Source of the DNA: Octopus vulgaris
Lineage: Eukaryota
Direction of reading: 5' to 3'
Assembly: GCA_951406725.2 (NCBI GenBank)
Contig: OX597830.1
Coordinates: forward strand, 37,944,001 to 38,008,000
DNA length: 64,000 nucleotides
Positions 49,072-63,371 of the stretch are shown piece by piece (the stretch's first letter is position 1; each line of letters starts with the position of its first letter). The position numbers and the translations under genes were made by a program. Under the pieces are notes generated by a model. That model did no database searches, was not told where the DNA came from, and worked only from the letters and a program-made list of their open reading frames with translations.

Positions 49072-50339
49072 ATATATATATATATTTATACAGAGAGAGA
49101 GAAAAAATACGTGCGTGTGTGTGTGTGCTCCGTCGTCAAAATAGGTATGGATTTAAATTATTAGAAAGACAGTTTAGTTGAAAGAAGAATTTTGCGATCA
49201 CATAAAACATAAAATCTAAATTATTAAGCAAAACCATTAAAGAATCGCATGCAGTAACGATGTCGAATCAGTAATAAATTTCGTTTTTATCTTTTTAATC
49301 AAATGACGATTTCGGTCTGCATGTTACTCATGAAATTTATCGAAAAATTTCTTTTTACTGTGAAATATCAAATATCAAAATAAGTTCATTGCGTGCTACC
49401 GTTCATCTCTGTTTCTCTCTCTTTCTCTCTATCTCTCTTTCTCTCTCTCTCTCTCTTACGAAACATGATTTTAGTGCTCGATTGTAGATGTCTGGATAAG
49501 AGAATAAAAATAAAAAACGTAATGTCAAAACCGATAAATATGTTACATACTCTTTATGAATACTTAACAAATCTCAATGCATCAGCGGCCATGTTATAAT
49601 ATCTCCGGCAGAGGTTCTCAAACGGAGTATTTTAGCGCACTGATACTAAAAAAAAAATGTTATTCATTACCTTGGTATACACAATTATGATTCTCGAACC
49701 TATGACAACACCAGCTTTCCACCTTTTTTTCTGATATTTTAACTTAATCTTGCTTATTGTGTATGTATAGATATTTGGGCAAGGTTAAAAAAACCAGTTT
49801 AACCACAATGTTTTCTTGTACCCCTAGTTTTTACTTAAATGTAGTGAGTCAAGATAACAAGCATAATGAGAAATGTTACTACATACAATCTCTCGTTCTT
49901 CTTGGATTATTAGCTGAAATGTCTCTTGATTTTTTTAAGCTGGCCGTCTTAGGAAACTAAAGAAATGTCGGGAGGATTTAGTTTTCATTACACTGTATAA
50001 GAGTAATATATGTTTCAATAAAATCCTTTTTCATTTTCACCTGCTGTTAATTAATTATTCAGTTGAGTATCATTGTGAGATATTTTATTCTTTCTGTTGA
50101 CTTCTGGATTTTCTTGAGACAAGAAACTGCATTTGTCATGTGTGCTGATTCCGTTCTTTTTTTGTGAAATTTTAATGTGGCTTTCCTTTAAACCACTTTG
50201 TAAAATGGGTTACTTATTGTCTTTTGCAATGTATTCAAGAATTTAAAGCCAAGCGAAGATGGAATATTCTATGTTGGCTAAAATCACTGTTATTATCTGT
50301 TGGTCACATGAATTAGATGCAAGATTGATTTCTTTTCTA

Positions 50340-51530
50340 TCAGTTTGAGTAAAAAGAAAGCGACGTTTTGAACCATGAGGAATTTGTACACGGTTTTTGC
50401 AGAGTTTTGTATTTTTCGTGTTTTTTTTTTCGCAATTATCTGATGATACAGATATTGAAGCCCAAATGCATCAATAAGTTAATATTGATACCTTTTTCAT
50501 CGTTGTTAGTCACCTGAAATAGAACCGTGAAAGCGCGATATTCGAGCAATTTTGCTATTCAATTTAAAAAAAGAACGTAAAGCAGCTGGTGCGGAAATGA
50601 CCAGTGAGTGGTGAACTCGAAAATGATTTAAATGATTTCACAGTGGAGACCTGAGCCTTGGAGATCCTGAGCGTAGTGGATGCCTATCTGTCATCGGTGA
50701 CCGCCATTAAAGACCGTCATTGAGAAAGATCCATGTAAAACCACTCGAGAACTGGCAAAAGAACTTTAGGTTAGCCAGAAAACTGCCTGCCACCATTTGC
50801 ATGCGATCGGAAAATCTACAAAGCTTGACAAATGGCTACCACACGATTTGAATGAAGATCAGAAAATGCGCAGATATGAAATTTGCTCGTCGCTTCCTCT
50901 CCGTAACCTGAACTATCTATTTCTCGACCGCATTGTACCTTGTGTTGGAAAGTGGATTCTATACAATAATAAAAAATGTTCTTCCCAGTGATTAGACCAG
51001 AATGAAGCACCGAAAATCTCCCTAAACCCGAGAAAGAAGGTTTGGTGGTGTACTGCTGAACGCATTCACTATAACTCATCCACTATAACCCGGAGAAACC
51101 ATTGTTGCAGAAATATATTGCCATGAAATTGCCAAAACAACCGAAAACGTGCTACATCTCTGTCGCAGACTAGTCAACAGAAGAGGGACAACCAATTTTC
51201 ATGACAATGATCGACCATACGTTTCACTATTGACTTTCCAGAAGTTGAGCCAACTTGGCTACGAAGTTCTTCCCAAACCAGCTTATACCCCAGACCCTTC
51301 CCCCATAGTGCCGCTTTCTCAAGCTCCAAAACCGAGGCCAAAAGTGCATTCAAAAAGTTGCTCAGCTCTAGAACTCCATATTTTTATGTTATCGGAAAAA
51401 AAACTTGTAACTCGTTGGCAAAAATGTGTTGATTGTAATGGTACTTATTTGATGAATAAAATTTCCGCATTTTTGAAATATATTGTGATGAATTTGTTTC
51501 AAAACGTTGCTTACTTTTTATTCAGCCTCA
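50340..51530 (+). mobile_element. Full-length decayed mariner element (~1.2 kb)
   Basis: TIRs tcagtttgagtaaaaagaaagcgacgttttgaac vs rc tgaggctgaataaaaagtaagcaacgttttgaaac; TA on both sides; WLPHDL, KWILYNN, HDNDRP, PAYTPD and RWQKCV motifs. Confidence 0.92.
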
Positions 51531-51962
51531 TATATGTAATGTATTTGTGTTGTTGCAGATTTGTGGCATCTGTTGTTAAGTTTATTCTGTCTTGTGTGTA
51601 GAGAATGTTTACCGTGTTAAGTGTGGCAATGGCCGAGTTTACAGATTATTTAGATGTGGTTAGTGTAATATATCTTAAGGAATGTGGGTGCATATTTCGA
51701 GGAAAATTTGAAAGTTTGCTTTTGTACTGGTTCTTAATTGAGCGTTAAAAAGAAAATCTCTTCATGCCATTCCATTGAGGTAATTTGAAACTGTTAATAA
51801 GTTGCTATTTCAAACTGTTAGTGAGTTGCTTTTTCACACTACAAATTGCACCTGCCTAAGAACTGATAGCCATTTGAAGCTCTCAGGTAGGTCCTCTGGT
51901 CGGATTGAGAATAGTGTAGTTGTATGATTAGAAAGGTAAATATGTGTATGAACAATATGAAG

Positions 51963-52122
51963 TGGCAGGAGTGGATGTGTGGTAAGTAGCTTGTTTACCA
52001 ACCACATGGTTCCGGGTTCATTTCCAATACGTGGCACCTTGGGTAAGTGTCTTCTACTATAGCCTCGGGCCGACCAAATCCTTGTGAGTGGATTTGGTAG
52101 ACGGAATGTGAAAGAAGCCAGT

Positions 52123-52172
<50 letters not shown>

Positions 52173-52265
52173 AAGAATAAGTCCTTGGGTCGATTTGCTC
52201 GACTAAAGGCGATGCTCTAGCATGGCCGCAGTCAAATGACTGAAACAAGTAAAAGAGTAAAGAGT
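51963..52265 (+). mobile_element. SINE family C (internally deleted)
   Basis: Matches the head and tail of 30693-31115. Confidence 0.85.
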
Positions 52266-54308
52266 ATCCCTTTTTCTAGAATTGTTGTGCTATTATCTTT
52301 AGAAATGATGAAAAGGTATTTAGTAGTGTTGGTGTTAATTATATTAAATATAGTGAGTCTTTCAGTTTCTCCATGCCTTTTGTGTAAGTTTCAGATTTGT
52401 CTAACAATAATCAATTTGATTCCTAACATTATGCTTTTGCTCTTAGCTTTCTGGTAGGAAGAAGTGGTCAAAATAATGCTCCGTTCGGAACGTGGCTCTA
52501 TTTCATTTCTGACGTCAATGTATGGATTTGAAGTGGGATACTGACTTTGAAATAAGTGACTGATTAGGGTGTCCCCTTGGTGTTTGTGCTTAAGCTGCTT
52601 TAAGTTAATTTTGTGACTAGAAACATTGTGTATCCGGTGCTCTTAGCAATGATGCATATAACATTATGTAATATTTTAGAATTTCTTCTTGGTGTTTAAG
52701 TTGCTTAATACCTTTGCCCGTTGCTTTGGTTTTCTATAGCTTAATCTTTATGTTATTTCTTGATTACTTGCATAACGTGGAGTTCTGGGCTGCGCATATT
52801 TTGTTTGAAGTTGTCCCTAGTTTTCAACAGGCGAGCTATTTCTAGCGTGTAAATTGATTGCTTATTTTACGCATTTTCCTTCCCAGAATATATTTTCAGA
52901 TGTTGAATATATGCACCGCAGTATCGGCAATATCAAATACTAAACTCACTAGTATAAATAGAGTGGTGTTTTTTAGTACTGCACGAAAACACAATTAACT
53001 AAAGTGTATGTTTTACATTTGAAGTGAAATTTTCGGGGATTTAGGAGTTAACAGTTAGAAGCAGATTTAATTCTCGGATGAGTTATTATATTTTATTTTT
53101 TCAGCTACTTTCATATTCTATTCCTCCATAAATATATTCTATAATGATTGAAAGTTATTTTAAGTAATATTTTGATTTCATTTTGTTAGAATTCCACATA
53201 AAATCGATGGTTTAGACTATACTGTAAAGCCTGTTGGGATAAAAAAAATGTAATTTTTAACTGGTTTTCAGTTTTTAATTGCAGCGTTTCGCACTAATAG
53301 GTTTTGGCTGCTTTCTGCTATTTGCTAGTGGCCATACTGGCGTATCGATACGAAAATTCTATACATGATGCTACAATGAGGCGTCAAATACATTACTGTA
53401 AACTCATTAGTATGGTCCTTGCAACGGAAATCTTTAGTAAGGCACAACATGTATCCACCATCGCTGCTGATGAAAAAAATTAGTTAATATTTTATTGTTA
53501 TGGATTGAATTTTGTTTATAACGCTTATATAAACGTTTATAAATAAATACAAACATACACAGATTCTCTTGTATAGGATCGTTGTTGCAATGGAACCACA
53601 AATTTGTTTTGCTTTCTGATATTTGTTTTATTAAATCCAATTAAATAGTGCCGGTAATATTGGTGTAAGCTGTAAATACGTACACACTTACATTCGGTTT
53701 GTAAACCCATTTCCCACGTGGTAAAAGTAGACACTTTTCTATAAAAGGCAGCCGTTAAACCATTCTGTCGCTCTTTCTCTTTATCATCCCTCTCTCTCCA
53801 TGACTTTGATATACATGAATCTCATTTGGTATCTTACAGAGACTATCTTTTCTCATCAAGCACGAGTTTAGATCTCCTTACAGAGATACCCTGAATACTG
53901 GATGTTGATTTTGTTATCTGAATATCACTACATTTTTCTCTGGAGTGCTTCTAAAGTATATCGAAGCACTGAGAAAGCTTGAATGTCGCTGTATTGAGTA
54001 AACAGAAAGCATGTTATTCATACCAAGACATGTAAATTCCTTCCAAACCCTCAGAAGGAGGAACATGAGTGAACAATCGTGTTAATTTAGTAATAGCATA
54101 TCACGGCTAGTTGAAAAGTTCTTCATTTAATTAATTATTGAGAGACATGAAGTTTAAAATATATATGTCGATATAAATTATATTACTGAATATATATTAA
54201 TTAATCTGTCACAAAATTTTCCTAAACCATATTAGCATGCTTTGACTAGATACAAAGTAATTTGCTAACGCTCGATATGAAGGAATACCATGTAAATTTT
54301 ATATATAT

Positions 54309-54350
<42 letters not shown>

Positions 54351-54374
54351 TTATATCTATGTATCTATATATAC

Positions 54375-54422
<48 letters not shown>

Positions 54423-54424
<2 letters not shown>

Positions 54425-54644
54425 CAATAAAGGGTTTGGCAACGAATTGCCTTACCACATACCGAATTTAGAAATAGCAGTCAAAGAGTTATAGCTATTT
54501 CTTCTACTAAAGGGAGATCTCAGTAAAAACAGCAATTGCTGTTTTTACTGAGATCTCCTTTTAGTAGAAGAAATAGCTATAACTCTTTGACTGTATTCTA
54601 AATTCGGTATGTGTAGGCAATTCGTTGGCAAACCCTTTATTGCT
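54423..54644. repeat. ~220-bp near-perfect palindrome in (TA)n, PLE-like
   Basis: Centre agcaattgct at about 54531-54540. Each arm has GAA-AUAGCUAU-A, resembling an HHR 3' half. Confidence 0.85.
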
Positions 54645-54755
54645 TAGTATTACTTAAATTTTCCTCGAATGAGGCTTTTACATGCTGAAGACTACTTGGT
54701 GTAATTGATAATTATTCCAAATTAATTAATTTCACCCTTCATTATTACGGATATA

Positions 54756-54790
<35 letters not shown>

Positions 54791-54819
54791 GTATATATAT
54801 ATATGTATAAATGTATACG

Positions 54820-54884
<65 letters not shown>

Positions 54885-55019
54885 GCTAATAGAAGCTTAG
54901 ATGAAGTGAATCACATCAAGTCACGACTGTCTAAATTATTAATTTACTAGCAATATTATTGCAAATATCATACTAAACAAACGTACTCTGGTTTACATGG
55001 CTTATAGCAACAACAACGA

Positions 55020-57509
55020 CAATATTAATAGTGAAATATTGGTACAACGCCATTCACTTCGGGGACAACAGTGAAAATACAGTTCTTACTAATAAGAGTA
55101 ACCCCAGAGCACAGGAAAGGAGCAGTGGTAGTTTACTTGATGAGAGACATATAGATGATCTAAAAGAAGACAATAAAACTAATGGCGCCATAACAGATGA
55201 ACAAAAGGCAATCTACGAAAGAATAAAGGGAAGGCTACAGGTGAACGATAGCGACATTATTTGCAACCTTAGAAAAGGTTGATCGATCGAAATTGAACCA
55301 AGAAACGAAAATTGTCAATGAAATTCTGAAATACATCAGAACAAACATCACTGAAACAAATAATTTGATCAATGCCGCAAGTATTGTTGTAGCAGAAAAA
55401 GTGGGTGTTGATGTCAAGAAAAAGAAACATAATAGAAGTGACAGAAGAAAAGATCCATGGTGGAAAAGAAGAATCCAGGCAGGGTTAGACATGCCCTCGA
55501 AAGAAGTCTCTATGTTACATCGAAAAGAGAAAAGGGAGCTTAAAAGCGAACAACAATACAGGGCGCTGAAAAGGATGTAAAATACAGGGCACTGAAAAGG
55601 AAGAATAATATTGAAAGAGAGGACCTGAAAGTAGTAGTGGAGGAACTGAAACAGCGCCTCGTTTCAAAGAAAGCAAAGATAGTAAGATACCACCAAAGAA
55701 TGAAAGGTTACCGCCAGAATAGGTTATTGAGAGAGAGTAGATCAGAAGAGATTCTACAAAGAAATAAATGTAGAGTATACAGATTAAAAGTAGATACCAG
55801 CTAACATTGAAAGTCAAAGATTTTGGAATGACATCTGAAGCAAAGACAAGGAGCACAAGACGGATGCTGAATGGTTGCAAGAACTGAAACAAACAGTAGT
55901 CAGTCCAAAACAGGCAGAACTAGTCATTTCAGTTAGGGAAGTAAGGGAAATCAGTAAACAAAGGAGCAACTGGAAGGCCCTGGGGACCAGATGGAGTTCA
56001 AGGCTACTGGATCAAAAGATTTGGTGACTGTCATGCACAAATAGCTGCGCAACTCAACACCTTATTAAATGCCGACCAAGGAACACCAAAGTGGTTGATA
56101 TTGGGTAGGACTGTGCTCTGCCCGAAAAACATCGAAAAAAGCAATACGGTAGAGAATTACAGACCGATAATCGGTTTGCCACTTATGTGGGAGTTATTGA
56201 CTGGAATACTTGCAGAGTCAATGTACGAATATCTGGAAAAAATGGAGTCCTACCATATGAGCAGACGGGTTGCAAGTGTAAGTGCAGAGGTACGAAGATT
56301 AACTCCTGATAGACAAAACTGTACTTAGAGACTGCAAGAGGAGGAAAATTAACTTAGCCATGACATGGATCGGCTATCGTAAGGCGTACGATATGTTCCC
56401 ACGTTCTTGGATTATGGAGTGTATGAACCTATTTGGTACTGCATCGAATGCTGAGCGATTGCTTGGAAAAGGTATGGCGAATTGGAGGACGGACTTGACA
56501 GCATACGGAAGAGGCTTAGGGACAGTAGAAGTTAGGAGGGGCATCTTCTAAGGGGACTGCTTGTCCCCACTGACCTTTGTTCTGTGCTTGATACCACTAA
56601 CAATGATTCTGAGGAAAGTAAAAACTGGGTATGTATTCAATAGCCGCCGACAAAATGTCAACCATTTGTTATTCATGGACGACCTCGAACTTTATATTAA
56701 AGATGAAGCCCAAGTCAGTTCCCTCGTTGATACGGTGTATAACTGCACTGCTGATATCAGAATGGAGTTCGGACTGAGACCATTAATCATGTTGTCTCCA
56801 TGTGCAGTCTTTTTGCGCCTGCAGGTTATCTCAACAAGCATGATAGACCAGCACAATATATATATATTCACTGGGTAATTTTCAAAAGCATAGACCTTTC
56901 CCATGATAAAAACTGGTAGGAACACAAATCACCTACAGTACTTGATGACATCTCACTCATCTGGAACTTGACCATTGAAACTGACAGAAAGATAGATGCG
57001 AATTGGCCAGACATTATATTGAAAGACTTCAGATGAAATCATGCCTTATCATTTATATAACTGTCCCAATCGACATAAATATATTTGTTAAGCCCCACAA
57101 AAACTGAGCAAGTATAAAGATCTTGAAATAGAAATTGGCGAACTGTGGAACCTCAAGACTACAACAATACCTATTGTCATAGGTGCCCTAGGAACGATAG
57201 CAAAAGGGGCTTATTGTTACCTAGTTCAGATACCGAGAAATACCAAAATGGCAGAAATTCAAAAGATAGTACACATGGAAACTGCCCATATCCTACGTAA
57301 AATATTGTCTGTGTAATCTCAAATGTTTAAACAAACTCATAATTTCATTATGTTTTCTTAGAAAATCTCTAGAATTGTAAGTACTATGTGGAAAACCAAA
57401 TAAATGACATCCTAGGTATAACACCAACGTGAACTTCTAACTTGTTGTCTCCTGAGGTCTGTGGGTGAGACTTGGAGCCAACTTTACAAATACAAATCAA
57501 AAGTCAAAC

Positions 57510-57511
<2 letters not shown>
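55020..57511 (+). mobile_element. Dong/R4-type non-LTR retrotransposon, degenerate and internally deleted
   Basis: RT motifs NWKA.GPDGVQGYW, NYRPI..LP, YRKAYDM.P, RRGIF*GDCLSPL and HLLFMDD; RLE region PDIILKDF and SKYKDLEIEI. Ends in (TAA)n. Confidence 0.92.
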
Positions 57512-57562
<51 letters not shown>

Positions 57563-57636
57563 GAATAAGAAAAAGAAGGAGAATAGTTATAATGATTTAA
57601 AATTTTGGAACAAAGCCAAGAATTTCGGGTGGGGGA

Positions 57637-57695
<59 letters not shown>

Positions 57696-57796
57696 CATAT
57701 ATACACGCACACACACACATACATTTGTGCACAAACACGCACAAAGAAACATACATACATGTGAATATGTGTGTGTGTATATATATGGCGGATATA

Positions 57797-57849
<53 letters not shown>

Positions 57850-58196
57850 GATATTCATACACATACACAGCCAAAAACACATATATATTTCTTCTCTATA
57901 CGGTATCAGAGAATGTGTGTCGTTTAAAAAATATGTATAGTATTTGCAAGTGGAGAGAGCTGTCGTTACTAGCTTGAAGACGGATAACATCAGGAAACCT
58001 AGGTCTGTGGCCTTGCAAATATTATACGGACACAAAGTCTGTGCCGATAGCCAGCTCGAAAATATGTTTTTCTGGGGCTATAACAGTAGTAATATCGTCC
58101 TTTATAAGGCTACCACATTCTTTTGACACATAAACATTAATATCCCGTACGGTTATTGTATATCACTCGCTCAGAGATATAAAACAAGTTGTTTCT

Positions 58197-58287
<91 letters not shown>

Positions 58288-60430
58288 TACAGAGAGAGGG
58301 AGTGATAGATAGGTAGACAAATAAATAGATATTATTCATGTATGCGTCTATATGTAGATATATACAGTTGCCCAACTATATATATTATTATATGCCTGCT
58401 TATATCACCACATTTTTCAGATTTGCTGTTTCGGCTCAAATACATGATTGGAAACATGATTATCAATCAATAACCTGTTATTTTGCGATAACATTCTATT
58501 ATATTGCGATATTGTTTTCGCATGAAAATATATCGGTTGTTGTCATGGTGAGATAATGCAAACTATAAGGAAATATGATATTAATATTTAGATGAAAGGG
58601 AAAGAAAATGTGTTCTCATGATTTCTAAATTCATATAGCTCTTGTTAGAAAATAGAAACGCGTCGCCGACCCTCGAAGGTCTAACCTGAGGCAATAAGTG
58701 ACGTGACTTTCGTTTGATTTTAGTTCTCATTATCGTTTCACCGATACATATGATTGCGTTACATGATACTTAGTTCTCACTTAATGTAGTAGACTGATTT
58801 GGGCAGAATTTCGCTTCTATTTTAAAGATGTTTACCGATCACTGAGAAGATTTCTCTTTTAAATGCTGGCTTGTATATTTACGTAACTTGGAGGTTCGGG
58901 GTAAGATACTAATAGAATAAGCAAGAGACTTAAAATCAAGTACTGGAGTCGTTTACTCCGACTTAATCCTTCAAGGTGATGTCCCAACCTAGCCACAGTC
59001 CAAAGAATAAAACAAGTAAAAGATGAAGATAGAAAAATGAATATTTCCTGCAGTTTATTTCACCACGAGAATATAAATAATTTTCTAATTACGATACCTG
59101 CTACAGTGATTAACTTTTCTGATGTATTATTTTTGATACATGCACGCATGAAAATCTATTGAACAATTTTCATGACAATCACGCTTCTAAAATTATTTGG
59201 TTTTATATGTCTAGCGCAATTTAATGCGGTATATTTTCATAGAAAATATTGCCAATTAAATGAAATTTTAAAATATATTGCTTATTAATGTTCTTTTCTT
59301 TAGTGAAATTGTTGCTTAGATTTAAATGATTTCATTAAGCGGTTTTATTAAGTTTTTTTTTGCTCTGTAATTAATACTAAAATGAGTCATCAAATTATTG
59401 AAATAATTAAGAAGAAATTAATTGGTAATTAAGAATTAATTTTCTCATCGTAATATACTTTTTATCATGATAAATTGAGATATATTTCAATCAAATATTA
59501 GTTTCCTTTAGTTTGGACTGAAAGACCAGTATAATATGTTTATGACGATTCTGCATTTGCAACATAGTATACATAAATTATTAAAAATTCCTCCCAAAAA
59601 CCTTCGCTTATACATCTTCATACCTGCATTCTCTTCCATTAATAATGCATATGTATCATTTAGCTCTACGATTCTTTACATCCATGACATTCAAGCTATT
59701 ATAGCAATATACGGCGCATTCACACGATACCTCTTGAACCGATTTTCTCTCTTTCTCTCTCTCTACCTCCGTCTCCCCCCTCTCTCTCTCTCTGTTACTC
59801 TTAATATTTTACCTTCTAGATACAAACAACATGGAAGCTCATTTCTAGCTTCAGTGCCACCTTAATTAAGTGATTTAGAAAATAAGTTAACTGTCAATTG
59901 GTTACTGCTTCAATCCCACAGCAACGCATTGTTGACAAGCTTCTCCAAGCGTAACTGTAGAACGGCTAATGTCTACAGCGCAATTTTATAATACCAAACA
60001 AAGTGCAACTTTATATAAAAAATCAAGTATATAGAATACTCTAAGAAGTCTACAAATGCACCTGACTTTTGAGCGAAACAATTAGTGGCACTTAATGTCT
60101 GATACTGATTTACACATATTTCAATACAGGATGTTTTGTGTTCCAGTGTGCACTGCAAGCTTCCTTTAGAACACTTATGTGGACAACTAAATACTCCGAC
60201 GACCAGCATTGCTTTATCTGTAGAAGTTTTTTCCACACAAGTTGTACTTATTGTATAACATTACTCCTTTATGTACACTCCTTTATGTACACAAGAGTTG
60301 CTTGTATTTTACACTACATTCAGTTCTCTCATACATACTTTTGCTCATATTTTTTTCATCTTTATTCACATATATTTAGAAGCACAAACATATATTTAAA
60401 CTAATCGTAACATTGTAAATATTGGTACAG

Positions 60431-60616
60431 AACCAAAACAAGAGACGTACTTTGCGCTGGAGTATTACTTGTCAGCGAATACACTTATTCTAAGATTTCA
60501 TCAAATGTTGAAGTTGCCTTCGTAATCATGAGCAAATACGAAATTCATCTACCCAAACTTCACTCCTTACAACAAGAAGAGTGTGAGTGGTGTAAGGAGA
60601 AAATTCGAAACCTACG
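60431..60616 (+). CDS. Candidate 186-nt phase 2-2 exon
   Basis: ctaat..ggtacag| acceptor (weak pyrimidine tract) and ACG|gtaagc donor; open frame TKTRDVLCAGVLLVSEYTYSKISSNVEVAFVIMSKYEIHLPKLHSLQQEECEWCKEKIRNL. Confidence 0.4.
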
Positions 60617-60762
60617 GTAAGCTGGTTCATATTTACTGATCATGAAGCTCGATGACCATGAAATGAAGAATGTAACTCCCATGACATAGAATTCTCAGAA
60701 CCAGTGATTGAATCATAGAATATATGACCCTGAACTCAACCACTTAATGTATGCATACATGC

Positions 60763-60830
<68 letters not shown>

Positions 60831-61646
60831 ATAGATAGATAGGTAGGTAGATAGATAGATAGGTAGATAGATAGATAGATATATCCCATTAAGGTTCAGT
60901 TTTCTATCTGTAATAATTAAACATAACTAGCAATGCATTGTTTCTTTTTGTGAAATATAAGAATGACATTTACAGGTTTTGGCTTCAAACAAACCGTAAC
61001 TAAATTTTGATTTATTGTGTAACAAATTAATTTATATTCCACAAAGATCTCACAAATACATTTAAAAAAAAAATTTGAAATGGGTAATATGCGATTAAAA
61101 TATGCTTCGAAATTGCCATGCTGAATAAAAATTCAAAGGTGATGATAGAAGTAATGTTCAGAAGATTGGAATGAAAATGAATTCAAAATTAATTAAAAAT
61201 TAAATATATTGATTGATTGATTGATTGATTCTAGTTTCAGCTTATGACCTGTGGCCATGCTGGGGCACCGCCATTACATATGGTGGTTCTGCCAAAAATA
61301 TTACATAAGCTGGAAGAAAATTTAACGTCATAGGATACAGTCTTTCAATTTAAATATATTTAATGCATTACATAGCGATGACAAATTAATTCAGATTTGA
61401 GAATAACGGGAATAAATTGCACAGCAGTGAAACGAATTGAGGAAAGCGGCGGTAACGTTAATTACTAGTATAATTACAAAAATCATAATTGTAAAATATA
61501 TAATGTAATATAATATTGTTGACAATTAAATAAATTCATCATAATTGTCATCGCTGTAGTCGTGGGTATAAATGACCAAACAAACAGTAAACGTATCTGT
61601 CTGTCCGTCTGTATGTCTGTCGCTTTCTATCTATCTGTATATATGG

Positions 61647-61850
61647 AGAAGAAGAAAAGAAGACGAAGATGACGAAGAAGAAGAAGACGAAGAAGAAGAG
61701 TAAGAAGAAGAAGAAGAAGAGGGAGGAGGAGGAGAAGGAGGAGGAGGATGCGAAGAAGAAGAAGAAGAAGAAGAAGAAGAAGAAGAAGAAGAAGAAGAAG
61801 AAGAAGAAGAAGAAGAAGAAGAAGAAGAAGAAGAAGAAGAAGAAGAAGAA
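61647..61850. repeat. (GAA)n/(GGA)n purine tract
   Basis: Direct reading. Confidence 0.95.
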
Positions 61851-62273
61851 CCTCGGCGCGAATGGGACACCCAGTCTATAGAAAATAGTATAACTGCTCT
61901 AAAACTCCGCAATTTAGAATGACATTCAATATAAGTAGATTCAGTTGTAAGCTAGTGACCTCCCAGTGGGGATCTCAGTTCGTGCAATATTCAACGTATT
62001 GGATCTGTGTCATTCTACTGACAAAGATTCAATGAAATTATTTGCTTCTCTACTGAGCCTTGCAAGAGGATGGGCAGATTAATCGTGATATAGATTTTAG
62101 CAAATTTGTTTATATTTTAGAAAGAAGTACAATCAATCCAGTGGTCTTCTAAACAGTTCCGTCTACGCAAATTTACCCAGAAGTTCTGGGCCGATTTGAT
62201 ATTTTTTGGTTAAGTTGCCAAATATTCTGGTTAAACGATGGTGTGTATATACTAAAGTTAAAATTTGGTTTAG

Positions 62274-62456
62274 AAAGAAATAGGAATTGACTACCCAAAT
62301 CATGCATTAGTGTATATTATTGATTCAGACAGGAACATTTCTAAGATGCAAGAAGTGATTCAGACCATTGCGCACAACAGTACTAATGATCGAATAATCG
62401 TTTTACGTTCTCTAAGCGAAAAACCCACTTTAACTAAATATGCCTTACATATTTAT
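62274..62456 (+). CDS. Candidate 183-nt phase 0-0 exon
   Basis: tttggtttag| acceptor and TAT|gtatgt donor; open frame KEIGIDYPNHALVYIIDSDRNISKMQEVIQTIAHNSTNDRIIVLRSLSEKPTLTKYALHIY. Confidence 0.4.
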
Positions 62457-62537
62457 GTATGTCTATATATATGCAAGAATGGATACATATGTGTGCGTGC
62501 GTATCTCTCTCTCTATTAATCTATGTATCTATCTATG

Positions 62538-62600
<63 letters not shown>

Positions 62601-62639
62601 GTATCTAATATCTTGCTAGATAACTAATTTATTTATGTA

Positions 62640-62800
62640 TATGGGTTGGTGCATAATTATTAGGCTCTTTACAACAAATTTTATTCAACGAAAATAATAA
62701 GAACATGTAAAAACAAACATCTTTAAATGGTTATTCCGGAGCATATTCAGCATCTACTTCAATTACTGCTTCCCATTTGCTTGGCAGACGGTCAGACCGT
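62640..62800 (-). mobile_element. mariner 3' end fragment
   Basis: rc RLPSKWEAVIEVDAEYAPE* followed by TIR-like ttatgcaccaaccca-TA. Confidence 0.65.
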
Positions 62801-62884
62801 CATTTAAAGATGTTTTAGTTAAATATTGTTATTGTTTTTGTTGAAGAAAATTTGTTGAAAAAAAATATTATTTTATTCTTTTAA

Positions 62885-63312
<428 letters not shown>

Positions 63313-63317
63313 GTGTG

Positions 63318-63368
<51 letters not shown>

Positions 63369-63371
<3 letters not shown>

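Noticed and set aside
57974-58005. UUGAAGA..GAA-ACCUAGGU-C hammerhead-like motif
   Set aside because: No stem I, a stem II mismatch and a U3-G8 core; at best a dead remnant.
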